Below are positions 46,464-56,584 of a stretch of DNA of 64,000 nt, in pieces. A program made the translations under genes and the position numbers. Position 1 is the stretch's first letter, and the number at the start of each line of letters is the position of its first letter. Below the pieces are notes generated by a model. It saw nothing but the letters and a program-made list of their open reading frames with translations, had not been told where the DNA came from and searched no databases. Source of the stretch: Candidatus Aminicenantes bacterium (lineage in GTDB: Bacteria > Acidobacteriota > Aminicenantia > Aminicenantales > Aminicenantaceae); NCBI GenBank assembly GCA_011772475.1, contig WVZK01000086.1, positions 4,406 through 68,405 on the forward strand, given 5' to 3'.

Positions 46464-47822
46464 TTATTTTTCGTTTATTCTCTTAAAAATATAATATGCG
46501 GGAATTCCCGCTAGCACGGTTAGAATCGCAATCAATGAGGGAATCGGGCCTTCAAGAAAACCCAGAGTAAGAATCGAAACACCTGCGAGTATGTATATGA
46601 TGGGAATAACGGGATAACCCAGCATTTTATACTCACTTTTATTTAAACTTCTTAGCTTAAAAACACCAATTACTGCCAGAATCGGGAAAATGCCAAGGGA
46701 AAAACCCATATAAGTCAATATCTTGTCAAGAGTCCCTGATAACACTATGACTATCGCAATTACACACTGCAGCAATATTGATTTTGAAGGAACTCGGTAA
46801 ACACTGTTGACCTTGGAAGCAAACTTGAAGAAATACCCATCTTTAGCCATTGAGTAATAAACTCTCGGGCCCAGAATGATGAAGGCGCTCAAAGATGATA
46901 GAAGGGCGAAGGATATCAGGACTGATAAAAAGCTCTCGAAAGATTTACTGAACAGATTTCTCACTGCAAGACCACCTATGGAGATGACCCCACTCATTTC
47001 TTCAGGCGAAGCGCCATAGACATAAAATAGATTCAAGCCGAAATAAAGAAGGATGACTATTCCAGTTCCCAGGATCAAAGAAAGAGGCAGATTTTTCTTC
47101 GGGTTTTTTATCTCTGATCCTATGTAAGCGGATGCGTTCCAACCGCTGTAGGCAAACATTATCCACATTAGAGAAAGACCAATGACTTTCCATCCTCCAA
47201 AATCAAAGATGAACTCTTTACCCTGGGAGAAATGATCGAAATTCCCTTTTCCAAAGGAAAATCCTATCAATATAAGACCAGCTATCAAACCGACTTTTAA
47301 TAATGTCAGTAAATTTTGAACTCTTGTCCCGAATATAATCCCTCTAAGATGAACCAAGGTAAAAACCAAGATAACAAGGATCGAATAAAACTTTTTTAAG
47401 GCCATTGCTTCAAAATCTTCCCCGAAAATCCCTAAACTTAGAAGCTGAGGAAAAGCTCTGGTTAAATATTCTGTAAATCCTATGGCAGAAGCAGCTACCG
47501 GAGCAGAAAAACCGACAAAAAAGGAGACCCAACCGCTTAAGAAGCCGAACAGAGGATTGAATAATCTGGAAAGGAAAATATATTCACCTCCTGCCTGCGG
47601 TATTGCTGCGCCAAGTTCGCTGTAGCATAAAGCGCCGCACAGCGCTATCAGTCCCCCCACAATCCACAATGCCATCAGTAATAAAGGATTACCCAGGTCT
47701 TCCATTAACAGCCCGGATGTAACGAATATTCCGGCTCCGATCATATTGGCAACGACGATGTTTGTTACGGGGAAAAGCCCAAGTTTTCTTTCTAGGGAAT
47801 TTTCAGGTAACTTATCGGGCAT
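46464..47822 (-). CDS. APC family amino acid permease
   Basis: NIVVANMIGAGIFVTSGLLMEDLGNPLLLMALWIVGGLIALCGALCYSELGAAIPQAGGEYIFLSRLF. Confidence 0.93.
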   Translation of the reverse strand: MPDKLPENSLERKLGLFPVTNIVVANMIGAGIFVTSGLLMEDLGNPLLLMALWIVGGLIALCGALCYSELGAAIPQAGGEYIFLSRLFNPLFGFLSGWVSFFVGFSAPVAASAIGFTEYLTRAFPQLLSLGIFGEDFEAMALKKFYSILVILVFTLVHLRGIIFGTRVQNLLTLLKVGLIAGLILIGFSFGKGNFDHFSQGKEFIFDFGGWKVIGLSLMWIMFAYSGWNASAYIGSEIKNPKKNLPLSLILGTGIVILLYFGLNLFYVYGASPEEMSGVISIGGLAVRNLFSKSFESFLSVLISFALLSSLSAFIILGPRVYYSMAKDGYFFKFASKVNSVYRVPSKSILLQCVIAIVIVLSGTLDKILTYMGFSLGIFPILAVIGVFKLRSLNKSEYKMLGYPVIPIIYILAGVSILTLGFLEGPIPSLIAILTVLAGIPAYYIFKRINEK

Positions 47823-48049
47823 GATGTTATTTTGACGTATGAAATAAAAAAATCTTCCTATTGAAGGAATTAACTAAGAATTCTAATTACTTTGCCTCCT
47901 TTCTTTATGAGTAGTCATAGTAAGGAAGCATCTTTATCCCAGAATTTGGGGAAATCAAAAGATATATTTTAACAAGTTCTTCCTTTTATTGCGAGGAAAC
48001 TGTCACGTAACAATCCCCGCCTTATATCTGGATGGGATTAATTGTATTT

Positions 48050-48130
48050 GTAGGGGTTTGATTCATCAAATCAACGCTTTTTATTGTGCAGGGATTTGAT
48101 TTGTTTGTAGGGGTTTGATTCATCAAACCC
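48050..48130. repeat. GTAGGGG-family hairpin cluster (3 copies)
   Basis: copies at 48050 and 48107 (57-nt period); degenerate gcagggatttgatttg at 48088. Confidence 0.8.
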
Positions 48131-48341
48131 GCACTTATTCAAAATTGTAATATGCAGTTTTACCCGAATTGAGGACTCGAACCTTTTTTCCCTTTTATTA
48201 TGTTATATTAATTTTTATAATATGGAAGTTTTAAAGAGTCCATACTTATAAAAAGGAGTCCTTTTCTATTTTTTGCGCCCAGCATGGACTAGGCTTCAGA
48301 ATTTCTGTAGTCTACAAAATTAGTAGAAAGGCGGTCTTGCC

Positions 48342-49214
48342 ATGGGAAAGGTTATAACTCGAAGGGATTTTATTTGTGGAAGTACCTTTGCAGTATTAGG
48401 AGCTGCAATAGGATTTTCCTCTCAACAGACAAAAAAATCAAAAGTCGTTTTGGTTCGCCATCCTGATGCACTGGATGAAAATTCCAAGATCAACGCAGAA
48501 ATAATCCAGCAGATGGTTGATGAAGCGGTTATGGCTTTGTTTGGTGAGGAAGATCCAGTTAAAGCTCTTGAAATGATCGTTAAGCCGGGCGAGGTTGTGG
48601 GGATTAAAAGCAATGTTTGGTCCTATCTTCCTACTCCGTCTGAGCTTGAGAGGGCGATCGAGCGCCGGCTGATAGATGTTGGGGTGAAAAAAGATGACAT
48701 CAGTGTTGATGATCATGGCGTGCGGAGAAATCCGGTTTTCTTAAAAGCAACTTCTCTTATCAATGTCAGACCTCTAAGAACTCATTATCTCGCAGGTATC
48801 AGCGGCTGTATGAAAAATTACATAATGTTTGCAAGGTCTCAATCCGCTTATCATCCCAACAGCTGTGCAGACCTGGGAGCCCTGTTTTCTCTACCCCAAG
48901 TAAAGGGAAAGACCCGGTTGAATATTTTGTGTGCACTTACGCCGCAGTTTCATGGTCGTGGACCCCACCATTTTAGCCGAAGGTATGTTTGGAATTACAA
49001 GGGCCTGTTTGTAAGTCAAGATCCTGTCGCGGTTGATGCCCTTGGCCTGCGGCTGCTCATGGCTAAACGCCGCGAAAAGCTTGGCAAAGATCGAGAAATT
49101 CCGCCAGTTCCGAGGCATATAGAAGTTGCCGATGTAAAGCATGGATTGGGTACAAGCGACATAAATAAAATAGAATTGATAAAACTTGGGTGGAAAGAGG
49201 ATATCTTAATTTGA
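48342..49214 (+). CDS. DUF362 domain-containing protein with twin-arginine-like signal
   Basis: MGKVITRRDFICGSTFAVLGAAIGF; VGIKSNVWSYLPTPSELERAIERRL; HFSRRYVWNYKGLFVSQDPVAVDALGLRLL. Confidence 0.75.
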   Translation: MGKVITRRDFICGSTFAVLGAAIGFSSQQTKKSKVVLVRHPDALDENSKINAEIIQQMVDEAVMALFGEEDPVKALEMIVKPGEVVGIKSNVWSYLPTPSELERAIERRLIDVGVKKDDISVDDHGVRRNPVFLKATSLINVRPLRTHYLAGISGCMKNYIMFARSQSAYHPNSCADLGALFSLPQVKGKTRLNILCALTPQFHGRGPHHFSRRYVWNYKGLFVSQDPVAVDALGLRLLMAKRREKLGKDREIPPVPRHIEVADVKHGLGTSDINKIELIKLGWKEDILI

Positions 49215-49223
49215 GACGATCTT

Positions 49224-49247
49224 GTAGGGATTTGATTCACCAAAACT
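49224..49247. repeat. Degenerate GTAGGGG-family copy
   Basis: gtagggatttgattcaccaaaact. Confidence 0.6.
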
Positions 49248-49300
49248 GCAATTTTTGGGAATGGTAATTTTAAAATGGGAGACATGAAATGGGCTTTGCT

Positions 49301-51133
49301 ATGAGAAAGCTACTTTTTAAACAATCCGTTTTGCTGCTCGCAATACTGCTTGCATGTTCATTCTCTGCTGAGATTTTAGAAGCCTCTAATCTTGAATATG
49401 TAAGCAGTATATTATGGACAAAAGCCTATGATGCAAAAATAGACGGCGATCATGCTTATTGTGCCTTTTTAAACGGTCTTGTTATTCTCGATATTTCAAA
49501 CAAGTTGAAACCTGTTTTCATCTCCCGTCTCTTTCTAGGAGGAGGATTCGGAATTGATTTGAAAGACAACCTCGCCTTTATCGCTGCCGGGAAGAAAGGT
49601 TTGAAGATTGTGGATGTATCCAACATTAACGCTCCTTCTCTTACTGGCTTCTTAGACACCCCGGGCGAAGCTAAAGATATAGCATTGAAAGGCGAGCATG
49701 CTTATATTGCTGATGGCCCTTCAGGACTGCAGATAATAGACATAAGCAATCCATCATCTCCCAAACTTGCCGCCTCCTTTGATACAACTGATGACGCCCG
49801 AGGAGTGACTTTAAAAGGTAATTTCGCCTATGTAGCGGATAACTCCTCCGGATTACAAATAATAAACACCAGCAATCCTTTAACTCCGAAGCTAACAAGC
49901 TCCTACGACACGCCTGGCACCGCAGAAAGAGTTGCTGTATCCGGGGATTATGCTTATGTGGCGGATGGTTCACCTGGCCTTCAAATAATTGATATCAGCG
50001 ATCCGTCATCTCCCAAGCTTGCCACCTCTTTCATCACTTCAGGCTATGCTCATGGAGTTGCAGTAAGCGGTGATTATGCCTACGTGGGAAATCTTTATGA
50101 TGGGGCCTTTCAGATAATAAACATCAGCAATCCAAGTGCTCCTATCCTTGCTGTTACCCGCAAATACACTATGTACAACGAGGCCTGGGATGTGGCTGTA
50201 AGCGGCGAATATGCTTATATAGTGGATTATTTCGCAGGTCTCCATATCATGTCAGTGATCGATCCCTCTAAACCCGTAATGAAAGGCGTCTATTATACCC
50301 CTGGCTCAATAATAGATGCTGCAGTTAACGGCAAGTATGTTTGTGCGGTGGGCGACCTCTCTGGCTTGCAGATAGTAGATATCAGCAATGCTTCTGACCC
50401 AAAGATTGTAGGCTCAATAGGCCGCATGCGAGGAGTTCATGGTTTAACGGCAAGCGGTAATTATGTCTATATCACCGACAGATGGTCGTTAAAAATATAC
50501 AACATAAGCGATCCCGCAAAAATAAAGCTTGCCCGGCAATTTCCTGTTCCCGGTGTGCCGCGAGCAATAGTTGTAAGAGGAAACTATGCTTATATGACCT
50601 CTGATCATTCAGGATTTCATGTCATAGATATCAGCGATCCATCAGCTCCTTCGATCGTTGGCACGCATAAAATGCCGGGCTTTGCTTACGGCATTGCTGT
50701 CGAAGGAGACTATGCATATATCGCCAACAGCGACACTGGATTCCACATAATAGATGTAAGCAATCCATCTTCTCCCAAACTTACAGGCTCTTACAAAACG
50801 CCAGGCCTTACTTATGATGTGGCTATTAGAAGGGGGCATGCATATGTAGCAGATGGCTCTTCAGGATTGCAGATATTAGATATAAGCAAGCCTTCAGCTC
50901 CATCGATTGTTGGTTCGTTTGAAATGTCAGGCTTTGCCAACGGAATAACGGTTAAAGGTTATTATGCCTATGTCTCGGATGAGATTTCAGGGCTAAAGAA
51001 AATCGATATAAGTAATCCATCTTCTCCCAAACTGGTCAGCTCGTTTGATACACCTGGTGAATCTGCAAGAGCACTTGTATGCGGAGAATATATTGTTGTG
51101 GCGGATTCTTTTTCACTCTTGATACTCAAATGA
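49301..51133 (+). CDS. Secreted LVIVD-repeat beta-propeller protein
   Basis: ORF track 49289; preferred start MRKLLFKQSVLLLA. Many copies of GxAYVADGxSGLQIIDISNPSSPKLxSSxxTPGxA. Confidence 0.9.
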   Translation: MRKLLFKQSVLLLAILLACSFSAEILEASNLEYVSSILWTKAYDAKIDGDHAYCAFLNGLVILDISNKLKPVFISRLFLGGGFGIDLKDNLAFIAAGKKGLKIVDVSNINAPSLTGFLDTPGEAKDIALKGEHAYIADGPSGLQIIDISNPSSPKLAASFDTTDDARGVTLKGNFAYVADNSSGLQIINTSNPLTPKLTSSYDTPGTAERVAVSGDYAYVADGSPGLQIIDISDPSSPKLATSFITSGYAHGVAVSGDYAYVGNLYDGAFQIINISNPSAPILAVTRKYTMYNEAWDVAVSGEYAYIVDYFAGLHIMSVIDPSKPVMKGVYYTPGSIIDAAVNGKYVCAVGDLSGLQIVDISNASDPKIVGSIGRMRGVHGLTASGNYVYITDRWSLKIYNISDPAKIKLARQFPVPGVPRAIVVRGNYAYMTSDHSGFHVIDISDPSAPSIVGTHKMPGFAYGIAVEGDYAYIANSDTGFHIIDVSNPSSPKLTGSYKTPGLTYDVAIRRGHAYVADGSSGLQILDISKPSAPSIVGSFEMSGFANGITVKGYYAYVSDEISGLKKIDISNPSSPKLVSSFDTPGESARALVCGEYIVVADSFSLLILK

Positions 51134-51190
51134 TTTATAGATTTTGAATAAATTAAAAACGGAATCTATTTAGGTTAAAAGGAGAGTAAT

Positions 51191-51529
51191 ATGAGCAAGA
51201 AGAAGAAGGAGAAGGATATCTTTTCCGAGATCGGAGATAAATTCAAGGAGCTCGGTGAGGAGATCAAGCCACATCTTGATAAGGCAGAAAAGAAGCTGCG
51301 TGATTTTGATAAGGCCATTGAGCCATCCATGGCCGAACTCGGCGAGAAGCTCAAGGAACTGGGAAGTACACTCAAACCTCCAATGGAGGATATTTCCGGC
51401 CGGATGAAAGAGTGGGGAGAGTCTATGAAGAGCACAATAGACGATATGAGTAAGCGCGTCAAAAAGTGGAAAAAAGAACAGAAAAAAAGCGAAAAGACCA
51501 AAGCAGTTAAGAAGAAGAAATCATTATAA
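51191..51529 (+). CDS. Lys/Glu-rich amphipathic helical protein
   Basis: 112 aa with two related segments GDKFKELGEEIKPHLDKAEKKL / GEKLKELGSTLKPPMEDISGRMKEWG; ggagagtaa upstream. Confidence 0.55.
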   Translation: MSKKKKEKDIFSEIGDKFKELGEEIKPHLDKAEKKLRDFDKAIEPSMAELGEKLKELGSTLKPPMEDISGRMKEWGESMKSTIDDMSKRVKKWKKEQKKSEKTKAVKKKKSL

Positions 51530-51720
51530 GCAAGCGTCTTGGGGAAGGCCCGCTTTCCATTGACGCTTTTGTCTTTCTGTGGTATCATCATTCATGTTGA
51601 AATTGAGGAGACCTGTGCAGCTACAAAACAAGCAGGCATCATAAGGGATGAGGGAAAATTTCAATAGGTAAAAAATATGTCCTCCCCTTATAAAAAATCC
51701 AATATTAAAAGGAAGTCAAA

Positions 51721-52032
51721 ATGAATATTTATGTAGGTAATTTGCCACGCGAGGCTACCGAAGAAGATTTGAAAGAGGCTTTTGAAGCCTTTGGGGAGGT
51801 CACATCTTACAAGATCATCAAAGACAAATTCACCGGAGATTCTAGGGGATTTGGATTCGTTGAAATGTCCAACAGTTCCGAAGCTCAAGCCGCGATCTCA
51901 GGCCTTGATGGCAAAGATCTGAAGGGGAGCACTCTTAGGGTTAACGAGGCCCGCCCTCGTCGCGATGACCGAGGCAGAGGAGGTTTTGGCCGAGGAGGCG
52001 GCGGAGGAAGCGGGGGTAGAAGACGTTTCTGA
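51721..52032 (+). CDS. RRM-domain RNA-binding protein with Gly/Arg-rich tail
   Basis: MNIYVGNLPREATEEDLKEAFEAFG...DSRGFGFVEM...RGGFGRGGGGGSGGRRRF. Confidence 0.95.
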   Translation: MNIYVGNLPREATEEDLKEAFEAFGEVTSYKIIKDKFTGDSRGFGFVEMSNSSEAQAAISGLDGKDLKGSTLRVNEARPRRDDRGRGGFGRGGGGGSGGRRRF

Positions 52033-52459
52033 TAATCTCCACTCTGACATTAAAGCTCACAGCCAAATTCTGAATTAAGGCTTACTTGAAAGCTGCCCAT
52101 CCGACGCATTTGTCCCAACAAATTCGTAAATACACCTACCATTCTAGTCAAAAAAAGAAGAATACCGCCAGAAAAATGCCTGATTTATCTTCACGATTGC
52201 ATGCTAATCCAGTTGTTCAATTGCGCGCTTCTCCTGATAGGCCGCAATATCCTATGCGGAGGGTAAGAAGTTGGGTTCAACTATTAAATTCCAAAAAGGA
52301 ATAATGAATGAAAAAGTATAAAAGAAATGAAAGAAAAAAAAGAGATAGGAAGAGAGAGAAAAGAAAAAGAGAAAAAAGAAAAAATAATAAATATTACATG
52401 AACTCCGGCTCCTGCTTTATCGTATAATACAATAAAGTAGATGTGAGGAGCCAGGTACT

Positions 52460-53599
52460 ATGAAAAAGGTTATTTTTATCATCGTAATAGTGGTCGTGGT
52501 CGTTGGTCTTTCTATTGTGGCCATAAGAGGTTGCCGACCGGGTAGTGACACTCAGATAGAAAACACAGCAAAAGTGGAAAGGGGGAACATCTCGAAGACT
52601 GTCGTGGCCACGGGCAAGATAGAACCTCTTTACAAGGCTGAGATCAAATCAAAAATTGGTGGCCTGATTAATCAATTTTATGTTGAGGAAGGGGACAGGG
52701 TAACTGTTGGCCAGAAGTTGGTGGAGATTATTCCCGGGGCAACACCGGTTGAAATGGTGCAGGCCCGCACCGAAGTAAAGGCCGCAGCCTACGACAAGCT
52801 CGTCGCTGAAAGACAATATCTGAGAAACAAGGAGTTAAAGGAGCAAGAACTGATTGCGCCAGAAAAGTACGATCAAGCCAAAGCCAGTTATTATACGGCT
52901 AAAGCTCGCTTTTATGCAGCTATGGCTCAATTACGAGTGCTGGAGCAGGGGTCGAATGTGGAGTCGCTAGCTGAAGGTATCGAGATTAGTGAACAAGATA
53001 GGCTTGAAATCGAAAAAGAGACACGGGAGGCCATTGCCAGCATGACACTGATTGCTCCCATCTCAGGAATTATCCTTTCCCGCGACACCGATAAAGGGAG
53101 CGCAGTCATCCCCATTTCTTCAGCCTACGGAGGAACAGTAATCATGATTCTCGCCGATGTTTCTGAGAAACATTTTCGAGGCGACGTGGACGAAGCAGAT
53201 ATCGGAAAAGTACATCTTGGCCTGCCGGCCAGAATATATGTAGAAGCTTATCCGGACGAGCCTTTTAAAGCAGAGCTAACCCACATCAGTCCTAGGGGTC
53301 GTGAGGAAGAGGACATCATTAATTTCGAGATTAAAGCGACAGTTAGAGATCAGGAGAATAAGCTCCGTGTGGGTATGTCAGCAGATGCCGAGCTTATTCT
53401 GGAGGAACATGAAAATGTTCTTGTTGTTCCGGAAGGGGCAATAATATACGAGGATGGAAAAACTTTCGTCAATATCCAGGACGATTCTGTAGAAGAAGGC
53501 ATGCGTAAGGTAGAAATAACCAAGGGCATTTCCGACGGTCTTCGGACAGAGGTTCTCTCTGGCCTTGAAGAGGGCCTGGTTGTGGTTCTTCCTATATAA
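52460..53599 (+). CDS. Periplasmic adaptor/HlyD-like subunit (MacA-type)
   Basis: ERGNISKTVVATGKIEPLYKAEIKSKIGGLINQFYVEEGDRVTVGQKLVEI; APISGIILSRDTDKG. Confidence 0.9.
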   Translation: MKKVIFIIVIVVVVVGLSIVAIRGCRPGSDTQIENTAKVERGNISKTVVATGKIEPLYKAEIKSKIGGLINQFYVEEGDRVTVGQKLVEIIPGATPVEMVQARTEVKAAAYDKLVAERQYLRNKELKEQELIAPEKYDQAKASYYTAKARFYAAMAQLRVLEQGSNVESLAEGIEISEQDRLEIEKETREAIASMTLIAPISGIILSRDTDKGSAVIPISSAYGGTVIMILADVSEKHFRGDVDEADIGKVHLGLPARIYVEAYPDEPFKAELTHISPRGREEEDIINFEIKATVRDQENKLRVGMSADAELILEEHENVLVVPEGAIIYEDGKTFVNIQDDSVEEGMRKVEITKGISDGLRTEVLSGLEEGLVVVLPI

Positions 53600-53675
53600 T
53601 ATCCTCGCAGAAGATTTCTGTGGCCGTCCTGCAGGGATTGTATGCCTGATTTAGCCTCATGGCAAGGATTAAGTT

Positions 53676-56234
53676 ATGCGATTATCCGAGATTATTAGAC
53701 AGGCTTTCGAAGACCTGAAGGCACACCGACTACGAAGCATCCTCACGCTTTTTGGGATTATCTGGGGGATTATGGCCATAATGATCTTATTGGGATGGGG
53801 TTTTGGATTCCGCGATTATATGTGGGAAGGTATGCATAAAATCGGTGAGGACCTGGTTTTTTTTATGCCAGGTCACACTTCGATCGGAATTGGTGGGTAT
53901 AAAACCGGACGACCTATAGTACCGGAAATAAAGGATATCGAGGCTATTGAAATGCAATGTCCTTCAGTGGGCAAGATAAGCCCGCAGATGACACGGTGGT
54001 ACCAGGTAAAAGCCGAAACTGAAGCCCGAAGGTTCAATATTCGTGGTGTGCTGCCGGTGGCCAAGGAGATGAACAACTGGCAAGTGGCTAAAGGGCGATT
54101 TATCATTGATGACGATGTAAAAAATCGCAGGCGTTTTGCGTTTATCGGCAACAATATTAGAGAGCAGCTTTTTGGCGAAGAATCTAATCCAGTAGGAAAA
54201 AAGATCAAGATTCGTGGTGTAACCTTCTCTATTATAGGCTTAGCCGTTGAAAAAGAGCTTCAATTGTCTACCATAAACAGCCGGCATGATGACCAGGTTC
54301 TAGTTCCCCTAAGCACAGCCCAGCAATTATGGGGCGACGGGAAGAGCCTTAATCTCGTTTTTGCCTCTCCCAAGGAGAATTATAAATCCAGTCAAGTAGT
54401 TAAGGAGATACGTAGTCTCATGGCTGAACGTCATCATTTTGATCCCGATGATGAAGAAGCGTTGACGATTTTTGAATTTGCCTTTTTTGATAAGATGTTC
54501 AGTCTGCTCTCTCTCGGATTGAATAGTCTCTTGGGCCTAATAGGGATAATCACCTTGTTTATCGGCGGCGTTGGAGTAATGAACATAATGTTTGTCTCTG
54601 TGCAGGAACGCACGCGTGAGATAGGCATCCGTAAGTCAGTAGGAGCTAGGAAAAGGGACATCCGGCTCCATTTCTTAGCCGAAGCGCTGTTCATTACGAT
54701 GCTGGGTGGACTCATTGGTTTTCTGTTGGGGTCTGCTCTTCTGGGGGGAGTTAATCTTTTGCCTTTGCCCCGGTTCATTCCTCTTCCTCAGAACTCACCA
54801 GAGCTCTCGTTGATCGTTGTCTTGGTGATGATCTTGACCGGAGTTATTTCAGGATACATCCCAGCCAAAAACGCGGCCGAGATGGAGCCGGCTAAAGCCC
54901 TGCAGTATGAACGGGGTGAAACAGTTGTTGGTAAGAAAGTGCCAAAGCCCCTTTGGGTCTCGCGAACACTGACGGGTGAACTTATAGGACAAGCCTTTCT
55001 CGAGATTCGCAGCAGCAAATCCAGAAGTTTTCTCACCATGTTCGGAATTTTTTGGGGCATTGCTGCTGTGATTGTGCTTATAGGATTCGGTGCAGGTTTT
55101 CAGGGATTTTTCAACCGTGAATGGGGCAAGATGGGTGAAAAAACTATACACGTGAGAGGTGGTCGTGTTCAAAGCAAAAGAGGTACTTACAGAGAAGCGC
55201 GAAGAGTCCGGCTTTCAGAAAGAGACATAGACGCACTCTTAGCCTTTCCTGTTGAGATAGAGGTAGCCATACCAGAATATGATTGCGGACATCCGGTAGT
55301 GAAATACGGCAACGAAAACCGCGCTGTCCACACCCTGGGTGTGGTTCCAGATACTTCAGAGATGCGTAGTTTTAAAACCGCCTGGGGTCGGTTCATAAAT
55401 CAAGGAGATATTGAGGAAAGCAGGAGGGTCTGCTTTTTAGGATCGACTATTCAAGAGCGGCTTTTTGGGAGCCGCACTCGCGACGTCACAGGTGAGTATG
55501 TCAATATCAACGGAATTCGCTATCTGGTCGTAGGTACTTCTCAGCCAAAAGGATTTCAGCTTTCTATAAACATTTCCCTGGATGATGAAAAGATGCTTAT
55601 TCCGCTCACTGCAGCTCTTAAAGACTTCAGCGGAGAAAAATACATTTCTCGAATCCTTGTTTCGCCAGTAAGTAAAGAACGCTATAGGAAGACAGAATCG
55701 GAGATTCGCCAAGTTCTGTCCAAACTGCATAGGTTTGATCCTGAAGATGAAGATGCTTTAAATATTTTCAGCATGCTTGAAGGCACGGAATTCCTGGATT
55801 ATATCGTGCTGGCACTTCAGGTATTCTTGGGAGGAGTGGGAGTGATCACTCTAATGATCGGGGCTGTGGGAGTGATGAACATCATGTATTTTGTCGTCAC
55901 CCAGCGAACCCGGGAGATAGGCATTCGTAGAGCTGTCGGAGCGCTCAAGAGACATATTTTCCAGCAGCTCTTCACAGAGGCACTCGCAATCACATTTCTT
56001 AGCGGGCTTATCGGATTTGGGATCGGATGGAGCATAAACGCCGGCCTCACGGGTCTTGTTGCCTTCTTAAGAACTCAGAGCGTACAGCTTATGATGCTTT
56101 TTTCGCCCGAGAATTCTTTCCTTGCCTCCATAATTACAGTCTTTTTAATGATAGCAGCTGGCTTTTTGGCTGGGCTGACTCCAGCACTTCGAGCCATGCG
56201 CTTGGATATCGTTGATTCCTTACGCTACGAATAA
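53676..56234 (+). CDS. Fused double MacB_PCD-FtsX ABC transporter permease
   Basis: 852 aa; two modules beginning LKAHRLRSILTLFGIIWGIMAIMIL and SSKSRSFLTMFGIFWGIAAVIVL, each with a VGVMNIMF/Y...RTREIGIRK/R motif. Confidence 0.92.
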   Translation: MRLSEIIRQAFEDLKAHRLRSILTLFGIIWGIMAIMILLGWGFGFRDYMWEGMHKIGEDLVFFMPGHTSIGIGGYKTGRPIVPEIKDIEAIEMQCPSVGKISPQMTRWYQVKAETEARRFNIRGVLPVAKEMNNWQVAKGRFIIDDDVKNRRRFAFIGNNIREQLFGEESNPVGKKIKIRGVTFSIIGLAVEKELQLSTINSRHDDQVLVPLSTAQQLWGDGKSLNLVFASPKENYKSSQVVKEIRSLMAERHHFDPDDEEALTIFEFAFFDKMFSLLSLGLNSLLGLIGIITLFIGGVGVMNIMFVSVQERTREIGIRKSVGARKRDIRLHFLAEALFITMLGGLIGFLLGSALLGGVNLLPLPRFIPLPQNSPELSLIVVLVMILTGVISGYIPAKNAAEMEPAKALQYERGETVVGKKVPKPLWVSRTLTGELIGQAFLEIRSSKSRSFLTMFGIFWGIAAVIVLIGFGAGFQGFFNREWGKMGEKTIHVRGGRVQSKRGTYREARRVRLSERDIDALLAFPVEIEVAIPEYDCGHPVVKYGNENRAVHTLGVVPDTSEMRSFKTAWGRFINQGDIEESRRVCFLGSTIQERLFGSRTRDVTGEYVNINGIRYLVVGTSQPKGFQLSINISLDDEKMLIPLTAALKDFSGEKYISRILVSPVSKERYRKTESEIRQVLSKLHRFDPEDEDALNIFSMLEGTEFLDYIVLALQVFLGGVGVITLMIGAVGVMNIMYFVVTQRTREIGIRRAVGALKRHIFQQLFTEALAITFLSGLIGFGIGWSINAGLTGLVAFLRTQSVQLMMLFSPENSFLASIITVFLMIAAGFLAGLTPALRAMRLDIVDSLRYE

Positions 56235-56321
56235 GAAGCAAAGCGAAACACATAAGACAATTTGACTAATTTCCCGTTTGTTGTTATTCTTTTGCCGAAA
56301 ATTCAAAGGGGAGAATGAACT

Positions 56322-56420
56322 ATGGAATGCCCCGCTTGTCATTTTAAAAATCCTGAAGATATATCCTATTGCGGCAAGTGCGGGAAGCAGCTGGCCGAGC
56401 TGAAAGGATTGTCTAAATGA
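56322..56420 (+). CDS. Orphan 32-aa zinc-ribbon microprotein (or remnant of a kinase N-terminus)
   Basis: MECPACHFKNPEDISYCGKCGKQLAELKGLSK*; gggga SD-like upstream; closely matches N-termini of kinases at 24582 and 60661. Confidence 0.5.
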   Translation: MECPACHFKNPEDISYCGKCGKQLAELKGLSK

Positions 56421-56584
56421 TTAATAAAAGCTTTACTGGATAAGTATATAGATGATGCATAAATAGATAGATATGCAGATAGACGGTGCGCATAAAGATA
56501 TCGATGAGGATTTAAGGGAAAGCCAATATGAAAAAATTATTCCCATCCCTTTATTCCATAAATCAATAAAAGGAGGGAAATGAT

